In this document: positions 49,930-61,428 of the stretch, in pieces
Position numbering within the stretch: position 1 is the first letter of the stretch
Layout: every line of letters begins with the position of its first letter
From: Macrostomum lignano
Lineage: Eukaryota
Direction of reading: 5' to 3'
Assembly (NCBI GenBank): GCA_002269645.1
Contig: NIVC01000356.1
Coordinates: 496,001 to 560,000 of the forward strand
Length of the DNA: 64,000 nucleotides
Notes under the pieces: model-generated
What the model was told of the DNA's origin: nothing
The model's database searches: none
What the model saw: the letters and a program-made list of their open reading frames with translations, nothing else
Position numbers and translations under genes: made by a program

Positions 49930-51865
49930 CAATGTACATTGGGGTAAGAGAGTGAGCGGGAGACATTGTACATTCATGTTGAAGTTGGTGTTGTGGTTGT
50001 GGAGGGAATGTACATTGGGGTAAGAGAGTGAGCGGGAGACATTGTACATTCATGTTGAAGTTGGTGTTGTGGTTGTGGAGGGAATGTACATTGGGGTAAG
50101 AGAGTGAGCGGGAGACACTGTACATTCATGAAGTTGATTGTGGGAAGAGAATGTACATTGGGGTAAGAGAGTGAACGGGAGACACGTAAAGTCATGAAGT
50201 TTGTTGTGGGGAGAATGTACATTGGGGTAAGAGAGTGAGCGGAAGACACTGTACATTCATGAAGTTGATTGTGGGGAGAGAATGTACATTGGGGTAAGAG
50301 AGTGAACGGGAGACACGTAAAGTCATGAAGTTTGTTGCAGGGAGAATGTACATTGGGGTAAGAGAGTGAGCGGGAGACACTGTACATTCATGAAGTTGGT
50401 TGTGGGGAGAGAATATACATTGGAGTAGGAGAGTGAGCGGGAGACACTGTACATTCATGAAGTTGATTGTGGGGAGAGAATGTACATTGGGGTAAGAGAG
50501 TGAATGGGAGACACTGCACATCAAGAGGTTGGTATTTTGGAGAATGTACATTGGGATGGGGTGAGTGAGCGGGAGACACTGTGTATCAAGGAGGTTGGTA
50601 TTTTGGAGAATGTACATTGGGATGGGGTGAGTGAGCGGGAGACACTGTGTATCAAGGAGGTTGGTATTTTGGAGAATGTACATTGGGATTGGGGTAAGTG
50701 AGCGGGAGACACTGTATATCAAGGAGGTTGGTATTTTGGAGAATGTACATTGGGATTGGGGTGAGTGAGCGGGAGACATTGTATACCAAGGAGGTTGGTA
50801 TTTTGGAGAATGTACACTGGGATTGGGGTGAGTGAGCGGGAGACACTGTATACCAAGGAGGTTGGTATTTTGGAGAATGTACATTGGGATTGGGGTGAGT
50901 GAGCGGGAGACACTGTATACCAAGGAGGTTGGTATTTTGGAGAATGTACACTGGGATTGGGGTGAGTGAGCGGGAGACACTGTGTATCAAGGAGGTTGGT
51001 ATTTTGGAGAATGTAAAATGGGATTGGGGTAAGTGAGCGGGAGACACTGTATACCAAGGAGGTTGGTATTTTGGAGAATGTACACTGGGATTGGGGTGAG
51101 TGAGCGGGAGACACTGTATACCAAGGAGGTTGGTATTTTGGAGAATGTACATTGGGATGGAGTGAGTGAGCGGGAGACACTGTATACCAAGGAGGTTGGT
51201 ATTTTGGAGAATGTACATTGGGATTGGGGTAAGTGAGCGGGAGACACTGTATATCAAGGAGGTTGGTATTTTGGAGAATGTACATTGGGATTGGGGTGAG
51301 TGAGCGGGAGACACTGTATATCAAGGAGGTTGGTATTTCGGAGAATGTTCATTGGGATTGGGGTGAGTGAGCGGGAGACACTGTATACCAAAGAGGTTGG
51401 TATTTTGGAGAATGTACATTGGGATTGGGGTGAGTGAGCGGGAGACACTGTATACCAAAGAGGTTGGTATTTTGGAGAATGTACACTGGGATTGGGGTGA
51501 GTGAGCGGGAGACACTGTATACCAAGGAGGTTGGTATTTCGGAGAATGTTCATTGGGATTGGGGTGAGTGAGCGGGAGACACTGTATACCAAAGAGGTTG
51601 GTATTTTGGAGAATGTACATTGGGATTGGGGTGAGTGAGCGGGAGACACTGTATACCAAAGAGGTTGGTATTTTGGAGAATGTACACTGGGATTGGGGTG
51701 AGTGAGCGGGAGACACTGTGTATCAAGGAGGTTGGTATTTTGGAGAATGTAAATTGGGATTGGGGTAAGTGAGCGGGAGACACTGTATACCAAGGAGGTT
51801 GGTATTTTGGAGAATGTACACTGGGATTGGGGTGAGTGAGCGGGAGACACTGTATACCAAGGAAG
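49930..51865. repeat. About 60-67-bp minisatellite between AFG1L and the UQCC1 coding exon
   Basis: 67-bp unit GGGAGACACTGTATACCAAGGAGGTTGGTATTTTGGAGAATGTACATTGGGATTGGGGTGAGTGAGC, grading into shorter variants toward 49930. Confidence 0.95.
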
Positions 51866-52182
51866 TTGGTTTTAAGATTTACCTATTAACTACTTATAAG
51901 CAAGAAGCAAGAAAAATCAAATAAAAAAATACGTAATTGCCATCTAAGAACAAAAAGTTCCAGATACACGTAAAATAAGAAACTGAGCGCCTGCAGTGTC
52001 AGGCCAAGGACAATGTGTACTTTATTTAATCCATTATACACAAAGGCAAACAAGTGAAGCATTGAAGCACCCAGTTTTCGCATTCAACTTGATGACAGAA
52101 GAAAAAGTTTTTCACTGAGCTCAGAGGTAGCAAATCTAGAATCTAATTTAAAGAGGCTAACATTGCATCAATCTTGTATGCC

Positions 52183-55100
52183 TCAGATGATAGCATCTCT
52201 AGCTGACACACTCCAGTACTGAGCTGACATCATCTCGGTCAGGCGGGACACAGTGCGCTCGTGAGCGAACACCTCCTCCTCGCCCGTGAAGATGGTCGCC
52301 CCCGCCGATTCAGCGTTGGGCCCGTGCTGAGACACGCCCAGATCGTCGCGAAGGACGCGCATCCGGTGCAGCTCGGCCTCGTCCAGCGAGTCGCCCGGCT
52401 GGAACAGGCTCTCGGGGGGCTCGGCCGCGCTTATTACTAGGCGGCACCTGGGGCAGCGGTGCGGGGTGATTGAGCGATTAAAGAATGCCTGGCCTATAGA
52501 TAATTATCATAGCTATAACCACCTGTAAGCAGTAAGCAAAGCGCCAAACTATAAAAGCGTCAAAATCCACTAAGCAGCAACAACAAACAACAAATTACGC
52601 TGCCCCACATGCAAAGTCACAGAGCAGGGTGGGTCAGATGGCGCGCCGCAGAGCCCGAGAGCGGACGAAGTCCGCCCCGTTGGCAGTGTCGGGCGCCCTA
52701 GCGTCGCGCAGGAGGCAGCCTATACGTATCGACGGGTTTGGGCCTGACCCCGGCTGAGCGGGCCCTGCAGGGTGAGCAGCAGAACGTCCTGAACAGATTG
52801 GGGGCAGTAGCCCTCGGCCCGGATCACGTGCCCCCCCCCCAGTTGAAGTCACCGCCGGCGCAAATTGGTGGACGGGCGCTGCAGCTTGGCCCCACTAAGC
52901 CCTACGCTATAAGAGCGCCAACATGTAATAAGCGCCAAAGTATAAAAGCGCCAAAATCTACAAAACGACACACCACAAAAGCGCTAAAATCTACTAAGCG
53001 CCAAAGTATAAATGCGCCAAAATCTGAAAAGCGCCACACAATAATAGTGCCAAAATCCACAAAGCGACACACCACAAAAGCGCCAAAATCTACAAAACGA
53101 CACACCACAAAAGCGCCAAAATCTACAAAACGACACCACAAAAGCGCCAAAATCTACAAAGTGAAACTAATCCTCACCTATTATCATAGATAGTATCTAT
53201 CAGGGTAATAAACCTCCGCATAGCGCTCCGGTTCTGCAGCGACAGCACTGGAACGCCGTGCAGAAACAGGCAGTGGAAGCGCTGGCACACGGCCACATAG
53301 TCGGCGGCCGCCAGCGGCTGGCAGCACAGCTGATCAAAGCTCGCCCACAGCAGGCCGCCTTTGCACTTGTCAAAGCTGACGTCTCGGCCAAACACGCGCA
53401 GACGGGTCGGCCCGGCCGGGCCCGCCTCGGCCGAGCACAATCGCTTCCAAAGCGTCTCCATGGCAACGCTAGAATCGGCATCGCCAGATAGAAAGTAGGT
53501 ACGCATGGAGCCGCTAGAGCCAGCAGAAGCGTCTTTGTCCCGGGCCAGTCTGCGATAATCCACCCCGGAGCCGAGTTCCACAATGCCGCAGTGCCGCTTC
53601 AGAATGGGTATGAATGGCAGGAAGTTCACCCGCTGAAGCCCGTTCTTGTACAGGTCGTCCGGGGCCCGGTTGGACGAGGCCACCAGCACCAGGCCGGAGG
53701 CGAACAGCACGGTGAACAGGCGTTTTAGAATCATCGCGTCGGCGATGTCCGTCACTTGGAATTCGTCCAGGCAGAGCAGGCGGGTCCGGCTGGCGATGTC
53801 GGCAGCCACTGGCCCGATGGGGTCGTAGGCGCCCTGCGGTGCATCACGGGCTGCGGCTGTATCTGGTCCTACGAGTCGTCACCCAACAGCGGCCCATATT
53901 GTAGGACCCTGGGGAACCAGCGGCCCACATTGTAGGACCCTGGGGAACCAGCGGCCCATATTGTAGGACCCTGGGGAACCAGCGGCCCACATTGTAGGAC
54001 CCTGGGGAACCAGCGGCCCATATTGTAGGACCCTGGGGAACCAGCGGCCCATATTGTAGGACCCTGGGGAACCAGCGGCCCACATTGTAGGACCCTGGGG
54101 AACCAGCGGCCCACATTGTAGGACCCTGGGGAACCAGCGGCCCATATTGTAGGACCCTGGGGAACCAGCGGCCCACATTGTAGGACCCTGGGGAACCAGC
54201 GGCCCATATTGTAGGACCCTGGGGAACCAGCGGCCCATATTGTAGGACCCTGGGGAACCAGCGGCCCATATTGTAGGACCCTGGGGAACCAGCGGCCTAT
54301 TGTAGGACCCTGGAGAACCAGCGGCCTATTGTAGGACCCTGGAGAACCAATCAAAGACCTTAGGGAGCCAGCGGCCCAACCCAATGAAGGATTCTGGAGC
54401 ACAGCGGCCCAACCCAATGAAGGATTCTGGAGCACAGCGGCCCAACCCAATAGAGGACCCTGGAGCACAGCGACCCAACCCAATAGAGGACCCTGGAGCA
54501 CAGCGGCCCAACCCAATAGAGGACCCTGGAGCACAGTGGCCCAACCCAATAGAGGACCCTGGAGCACAGCGGCCCAACCCAATGAAGGACCCTGGAGCAC
54601 AGCGGCCCAACCCAATGAAGGTCAGTTAGGAACCAGCAGTGGAAAGAAGCCAGGTCCTTTTAAACAGAAAATGCCAGCAATTTGTCACCTTAACAGACTT
54701 GTCCGCCTGCTTGAACCGATGAATCATCTGGTGCACTTCGGTCATGAATGCGTGGAAATGCAATCTACGCTTGGCAAGCACGGCAGAGCTTGGCTCGCCA
54801 GCAGAACCTGAACAGCAGTTGAAAAACAAGTCCATTAGCATGCTTTTGCCGCCGCCAACGCCGCCATAAATATAGAGGCCACGTGGACCAGCCAAACTTG
54901 GCTGCGAAGCTGGCTTGGCTGTCCATCGCTGCATCAGCCGCGACATCAAGCCGGCAGATCCGGCAGCTGCTGAAGATGCTGCTGCTGACGGTGCAGTCAG
55001 CAGATGACCGCTGGTCAGTAGTTCCGCGTGCAGACGGTCCAGATGTTCAAGCACCATCAGCTGATGCGAGTCCTGGCGCAGGTGGCCCTTGGCAACAAGA

Positions 55101-55219
55101 CTGGCATAGGCTGCTGTAGGTGCCAATTCATTACTAGCAGTAGTAGACGAACAGAATCTAATGAAAGCAGTGTTGCAGACTCTGCTTCTGCGACAAATGT
55201 GGCCAATCAAAGCTGGCAT
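52183..55219 (-). CDS. AFG1L: AFG1-like mitochondrial AAA+ ATPase (LACE1/ZapE family), 483 aa, 3 exons
   Basis: Exons 55219-54689, 53833-53178 and 52447-52183. Walker [24 protein letters not shown], Walker [30 protein letters not shown] and [16 protein letters not shown] at 52026-52021. Confidence 0.93.
52570..52900 (-). mobile_element. 5'-truncated, degenerate RTE-type non-LTR retrotransposon 3' end in an AFG1L intron
   Basis: Translates as [18 protein letters not shown].., resembling the RRL..GHV.R motif C-terminal to RTE-clade reverse transcriptases. It has a stop and a frameshift, then a TTG-rich tail. Confidence 0.55.
52915..53165. repeat. Degenerate about 32-bp intronic repeat
   Basis: Unit AAAGCGCCAAAATCTACAAAACGACACACCAC. 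Confidence 0.8.
53885..54625. repeat. Compound intronic minisatellite (related 31-bp and 33-bp units)
   Basis: GCGGCCCA(T/C)ATTGTAGGACCCTGGGGAACCA and GCGGCCCAACCCAATAGAGGACCCTGGAGCACA. Confidence 0.95.
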
Positions 55220-56099
55220 AGCAATTCTGCTTGCAAAAATATTTCGGGTAGTTTGAAGCCATAAATTTATAATATTTTATAGGAATTCTAAACGATTAAA
55301 TGTGCCAAAAAAGTAATATCTCAGTGATAAATATTTTTATGGCTCATATTCTATGGCTTCTATGGCTCATATTTTATTACATGTATTCAAGGCAAGCCAA
55401 TGCACAATCACTTAGATGCTATGCTTACTACAGTTCTGCCCTATCCATAACCAAAGTTTTCCCATATCTATATCTATAGCTATATCCCTATCCATAACCA
55501 AAGTTTTCCCATATCTATATCTATAGCTATATCCCTATCCATAACCAAAGTTTTCCCATATCTATATCTATAGTTAATAGTTAATTACATAGTTAATATC
55601 TATGTAATTAACATATCCCTATCCATAACCAAATTAGTTCCCAACCTCCATGACCAAGAATAACCAAGATTTGCTAGACTCTATATGAATGCATATGATT
55701 TGTATTAGTACTAACCTGTGTATAAAAGCTCTTAGAATGACAAATATTTTAGGCCCTAACATGTATTTTATAGCTAAATAAAAAAGAAATATGAATTCTC
55801 ATCTTTTTTATCATTTAAACACAACAAACATTTTACTTGATATTAGAACACAAACACAAAATTTAACTTATTATCATAATAGGGCCTAATATTTTATTTT
55901 AGAATGCACTTTATACTATTATTTTGATTTTTATATGTAGAGATAAAAGCCTTGCTTTGCCATACCTATTGTCTAAAAATAAACTAAAATAGGATAGATA
56001 TAAAAGTCAAATCATATTTATAATAAAAATATTATAGTGACTTATATTATTATTTTGTTTTAATATTGCAAAAAGTAATAATAGTAATAATAATATTAA

Positions 56100-56390
56100 T
56101 AATAATAATAATTGATTACAACTGCCCTAAATGGGTCAGATGTGCAATCAATAGCTTAGCTATAGCTATTGCATAGCACATCTGAAGGCTGCATATGGCT
56201 ATTTAGTCCAAGGACTAGAGGGTTGCCATATATATCCCAGCTACAGCTAATACCCATTTTAAAGCTGTGTGAACTAAAGCAATATAGTTAATTTGTTTTG
56301 CTCAAGGACACAAATTTTTCTAGGTGGGATCAAGAATTGACTTTCAAGTCACAAGTCTAATGCTCTATCCAGTAGGCTACAATCCCTGAC
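56100..56390 (-). mobile_element. CORE-like SINE family 2, heavily C-to-T/G-to-A mutated copy with a remnant tRNA-like head
   Basis: Aligns with 9190-10029 and 60205-60420; contains GTGTCCTTGAGCAAAAC on the minus strand. Confidence 0.7.
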
Positions 56391-56789
56391 AATATTACTA
56401 AACATAAATAAAATTGGCCTTATCATTAATATACAGCATAGGTTTAAACTAGGTTTACTTTTATAAAAAGCATATGTTGTAGTGTTACAATGGAAAAGCA
56501 AAATTTAATTATTAATATAACTAATTACATTTTAATAAAAAACTATATTAAAAAACTAGTTGTAATTAATTTTTTTCAACTTAGTTGCAACAATATGCTA
56601 TAAAAAGAAATCCAAAAATGAAAATGTGGTTTTTTGATGTGTTTTGCACACCAATGTGCATTGTCAGATGTATTGTTTGAAACCAAAGGTGTGAGTAAGG
56701 GAATTTATAAATTATTTGTCAATGAAACATATGTAGCTAGTGAGTAGGATTTTGTATGTACAGAGTAATAGGAGGTTGATAGTCCATAG

Positions 56790-57434
56790 TAGTGTTCCGC
56801 CATAGCTGTAGCTACGGCTACAGGATCCTATGGCAAATATGGTAAAATAGGTGCCTATGGCACCTATAGATATGCCTATGGTAGCTAGCTGCTCTTATGG
56901 CTACAACTACGGAAATATGGTAATTGCTGTTACATTCCATAGATTCCCATAGCTGTAGTTATTAATGTTAAAAATTGAAAAAATATTAGAAACAGGTAGA
57001 GTAAAACAAAGATACTTTTAGTAAACTGTATTATCAACCTAGAAACTTATATAATATACCTAAAAAAAGTACAATAAAACACTAGCAAACTCTAATTTTT
57101 ATTAATGTGAAAAAGTTTAGCATTAGTACTTTCAATAACGACTAAGTATTGTTGCTTTGAAAAAAGATGAAATATAATCTTACAAAGACAATTAAGTGTT
57201 TCTTTTATTTTCTAATTTAATTTGCAGTTGTTTAAGCACTAGGTTATCTTCTTGATTCAAAATATTTTGTTTTTTTAGACTTTTTGTTAAAACTATGGCT
57301 ACGGCTATGGGAACTATGGGAATATGGTAATTTTGGGGTCCCTATGGCTACAGAATACAGAGAATTATAGTAAGCCGTAGTTTTGCTTACGGCTACGGCT
57401 ATGGTACATGGACCCTCCTTTCGGTAGAACACTA
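56790..57434. mobile_element. 645-bp hAT-type MITE
   Basis: TIR TAGTGTTC(CG/TA)CC, 8-bp TSD GTCCATAG at 56782-56789 and 57435-57442, and subterminal CTA(C/T)GG repeats. Confidence 0.8.
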
Positions 57435-57812
57435 GTCCATAGGGCAGGGCGAAGACCAATAGGCAGAAAACAAAATATAATTGAATGAGCACTGGTTACA
57501 ACAACCAGTGATATGCTATAAAATATAGTAAAAATAGGCTTATAATATCTACTACTAATAGTGACTTCAATAATGAAGGTCCCATGATATGCTAATATGC
57601 ATGCAAAAGGCAAATGAAAAAAGCAATTGATATTTATCTAGTGACAGAATAAAAGGCAGTGGTTATTCTTTTAGTTACCAGACAAATAACCATTTTGTTA
57701 TTTATCCAGTTAAATTGCTAATACAAGTGTCTATATAGTGATAAATATTTTGAATTTTTAGGACCTTTTCTAAGTTTTCTTATATCCTAATTAATATTTT
57801 GTTATACTAATA

Positions 57813-58403
57813 CCAGGGTTAGGATTGTGTACCACTGTACGCCAGAATGAAAATTGCTTACGTAGCTCATGCATGCCAATGTATACCAACGAACTTTGTA
57901 TCGCATACAAAAATATGCCAAAATAAAAATTACAAATTACAACTAATATTAAAAGCTTGCAAAATTTTAATATTCAAACAACCTATATGTTAAAACTAAA
58001 AATCTTTTTTACTAAACTGTAGAGAACTAGTTCATTTTAACTATTTTTGTTTTACTTTTACTTTCTTGGAAAAGTTTCACCCAGTTTTTTAAATTTAGTC
58101 TTCCAATTTTTTTGTAAAGGGCCGGCTATTCTTTCTGATCAAAATTTAGCTACTGTAACTATGTACATGGAAACTATGCCAAATGCAAACTTAATCATTT
58201 TTGTATACTAATAATGCAGATTGATTGTTGGGACTCGGAACTTTTGGTCCCACCTGCTGGTCTTGGCAATCTCTATATGCCAAGCTATATACCAAGAGGG
58301 CACGCCAGGTGCCTTTGTATGCCAAGTTGTACATCAATGTGTAATTTAGGTCCCTCTGTACACCAGAAAATTCCGGCGTACATGTATACTATCCGGAGTC
58401 TGG
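57813..58403. mobile_element. 591-bp element with degenerate TIRs
   Basis: 8-bp direct repeat TACTAATA at 57805-57812 and 58404-58411; the ends share CCAG..GGAT.GT.TAC..TGTACGCC in inverted orientation. Confidence 0.55.
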
Positions 58404-60204
58404 TACTAATATAAGCAAAGCACATATATACAAAATTAGGCCTATACTTGTTTAACAAATTTCTTTCATGTTTGCAAAGAATTCAAGTGAAAAACTAATT
58501 GCAGTGTAAGATGTATACTACTAGTATAACAACATAATAATCAAGATTTAAAAAGTAATTTTTAAAGTCTTAAAACAGGGCCTATTGATCTATTTATTGT
58601 AAAAATTGATATAACTAATATTACCAATTTAATTAGACAAATAACAAAGGGCCATTCCATTTAACTATGGTCGTAACATGACAGACTATTTTTACTTATA
58701 AAATGGAATCTAATAATAGAATATACTAAACCAATATTTCGAATGAAAGATTATTTTGTCAAGAATATGTTTATAAAGTTTTATATAGATATCATCATTA
58801 GTATAGATGCTATTAAACCTGGAATGGCACTTATGGTCGTAACAGGATTTTTTACATATAGAAACTAAAAAGGTAAGAGTCTTATAACATTTTTCATTTT
58901 TGATATTTTGCAATAATTTTTTTAAATTTGACTAAGAACATCTTTAGAAGTCATACTCTTTTATTAGAATATATAAACTCAAAAAGGCAACAAAGATACA
59001 AAAGAAAAGGCAGCCTTATGGTCGTAACATTATGGTTGTAACATATTTTTTTCTGTCAATCAGTAACTTTGAAGTATTAATATATTAAAAATATAATAGA
59101 TTATATGGTTGCTAATGTTTTTTTATCTGATGATGCAAGTACTATAATTTTATATATAGTTTGTTTTAACCTTCTAAAGTTTTCTATTTGTTTTTAAAAG
59201 GTACATAAACTTAATGATGTCTTTTGCTTAGGAAATGTCCAATTTTTTTACAAAAAATAATTTTTTGCCAATTGATAATATGCTAGGCCTAATCCAACAT
59301 TTTATCTTTTATTTATTCTTAGATTGTTAGATTGTTAGATTCTTATTCTAAGTCTTGATTCTTAGACATACAAAAAAGATTTGGTAAAAAAATTGGCTGA
59401 TAAGGCAATGACAAGCAAAAATATTGACTTTTTTTCTATTTTCCAAATATGTCCATCTTATATGGAATGGGCCCAAAATGTCTATTTATCCAATATTAAC
59501 TAGACGAACTGTGAAATATGGCAATTTATCTAGTAATTGGATGAATAATCACATTGCTATTCATCAGTTTACCAGACAAATAAAAATTGCCTATGAAAAA
59601 AGTGAGTTTGTTGCAAATGAAAAAAACCAATGAGACAATATGGAAAAAAGCAAACTTAAAATAAAAAAATGCTAATATAAATTCTTTATATTGAAAATTT
59701 TTTTGAATTTAAATATATATCTGGTTTCTATCAAGAGGATGCCAAAATGTTTTGTAAGCTTATTATCTTCCTTATACAAAAGCAAAAAGTTAATTGAAAA
59801 TTAATATTCAAAAACAAGGTTTTATATTTAAACTAGAAAAAATGTCAGTTCTAACATCTAAGGTCATTAGAAAAAGCAAAGCCAATATTATAAACTTTTC
59901 CAATTATCAACCAGCTTTTTATATTAGGTGAACTCGAAATTCCTATAAATTTTTTCTAGGAAAATAAATAAAATGCATGCATTTTAAGCATAAGGCTAGG
60001 CCTAACTTTGCAGATAGTAGGCCTATTATAAAGGTTTTGGCTAGATGCTTATTCTGCATTTTCTGGTTTTATTAGATATATTCTTATGGGCAGATAAGAG
60101 ACAAGAAATGCAGGATTAGAAATAGATTAGTCAAGTAGCAAGAAGGCTTAGCAAGTAGTAGGCCTAGGCCCTGCAAATAGGCCTAGGCCTAGGCCTAGTC
60201 AATA

Positions 60205-60420
60205 ATAATAACTGATTACACTTGCCCTGGGCCTAAATGTGCTAGATGTGCAACCGACAACTCAGCTGCAACTATTGCGCAGCAAGTCTGAAGGCTGCGT
60301 ATGACTGTTTAGTCCAAGGACTGGGGGGTCGCCACACACACACCCTGACACCCTCAATTACCCTAGCTAATGCTGGTACCCATTTTACAACTGAGCTGGA
60401 TAAACTGAAGCAATGCAGAG
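60205..60420 (-). mobile_element. CORE-like SINE family 2, truncated and little-mutated copy
   Basis: Aligns with the reverse complement of 9215-9379 plus 9990-10029. Confidence 0.75.
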
Positions 60421-61428
60421 TATTTAACTTAAAATATTAAAAGAATGAAGACTTTATAACCCAACTGGCCCAACCCAGCCTTTTTACACAGTACCTGGTC
60501 ACTAACCCTTAGATTACTGTGGTCTGTAACTGTAAGGTCTTGGGAGGGGCGGGGGGCAGCATGCAGATCAGAGTATTCGTTTCCTAGAATTTTCAAGATC
60601 GATAAAACAGCACAAACTAACAAAATATTTTTCGCTGCCAAAGAATTAAATTCTATCAGCTGAATACTCAATATATAAATTGAATACTTAAATAAACCAT
60701 TATACATAGTGTTACATAATGCATTCTACTAGAAACTTTAGGCTGAGCTTGAGCTGACATTAATCCGTTTTTTCTACATTTCAATGCATTAATAATCATG
60801 ACATTGACATTAATGTTTGTAATTAACAACGAGTCCAACGACAGTTGTAAAGTTATACAGTTTTCGGAGTCAAAGATATTTTCCACTAATTGTTGACTAT
60901 CATATTCACTTCCCATTTAAAGTTGTCATCAGTAGCTGAATGTTTCTAATGAGTAATGACTAGATGTCGCTAAAAGAAATAACCAGAAAAATTACAATTC
61001 ATTTTAATGACAAGGCACAAGCCGCAGCCTGAAGAGGTCCGATAGACCATTCAAAAATGAGATCACAATGCGCGAAAAAACTCAGTTTTATTTCGATACA
61101 ATAATTGTATTGAGAACTTGCACAGCAGTTAATTGGCCTGCAAAAAAATTAAGATTTGGTAAGAAAGGCTCTCAAAAGTGCGGCTCCATCGACATAAATG
61201 AGACCCTTTTATACGGAAAGTAGATTTCGAAGCAAAATTAGCTACAATGATGATGACTAAGGTGGCGGCCAGCACAATTAGCGAATGGTTTATCCTCCGC
61301 TATAAAACAAAGCCTATAGTACTAGTTTTACAATATTCCTGTTTGACACAATAAAAACTCACTTAAGCGAAAAATAAATATTAATCCATTTGAAGGTACA
61401 TTGGGCAAAGGCAACAAAAAGTGTGAAT

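Noticed and set aside
51886-52083. 65-aa ORF as the first exon of UQCC1
   Set aside because: It overlaps the AFG1L 3' UTR and polyA signal, is U-rich, and ends in a stop just before the nearest donor.
52830-52870. GGDFN motif suggesting an AP-endonuclease fragment
   Set aside because: It is an isolated motif, and another frame gives a longer, better match to an RTE-type C-terminus.
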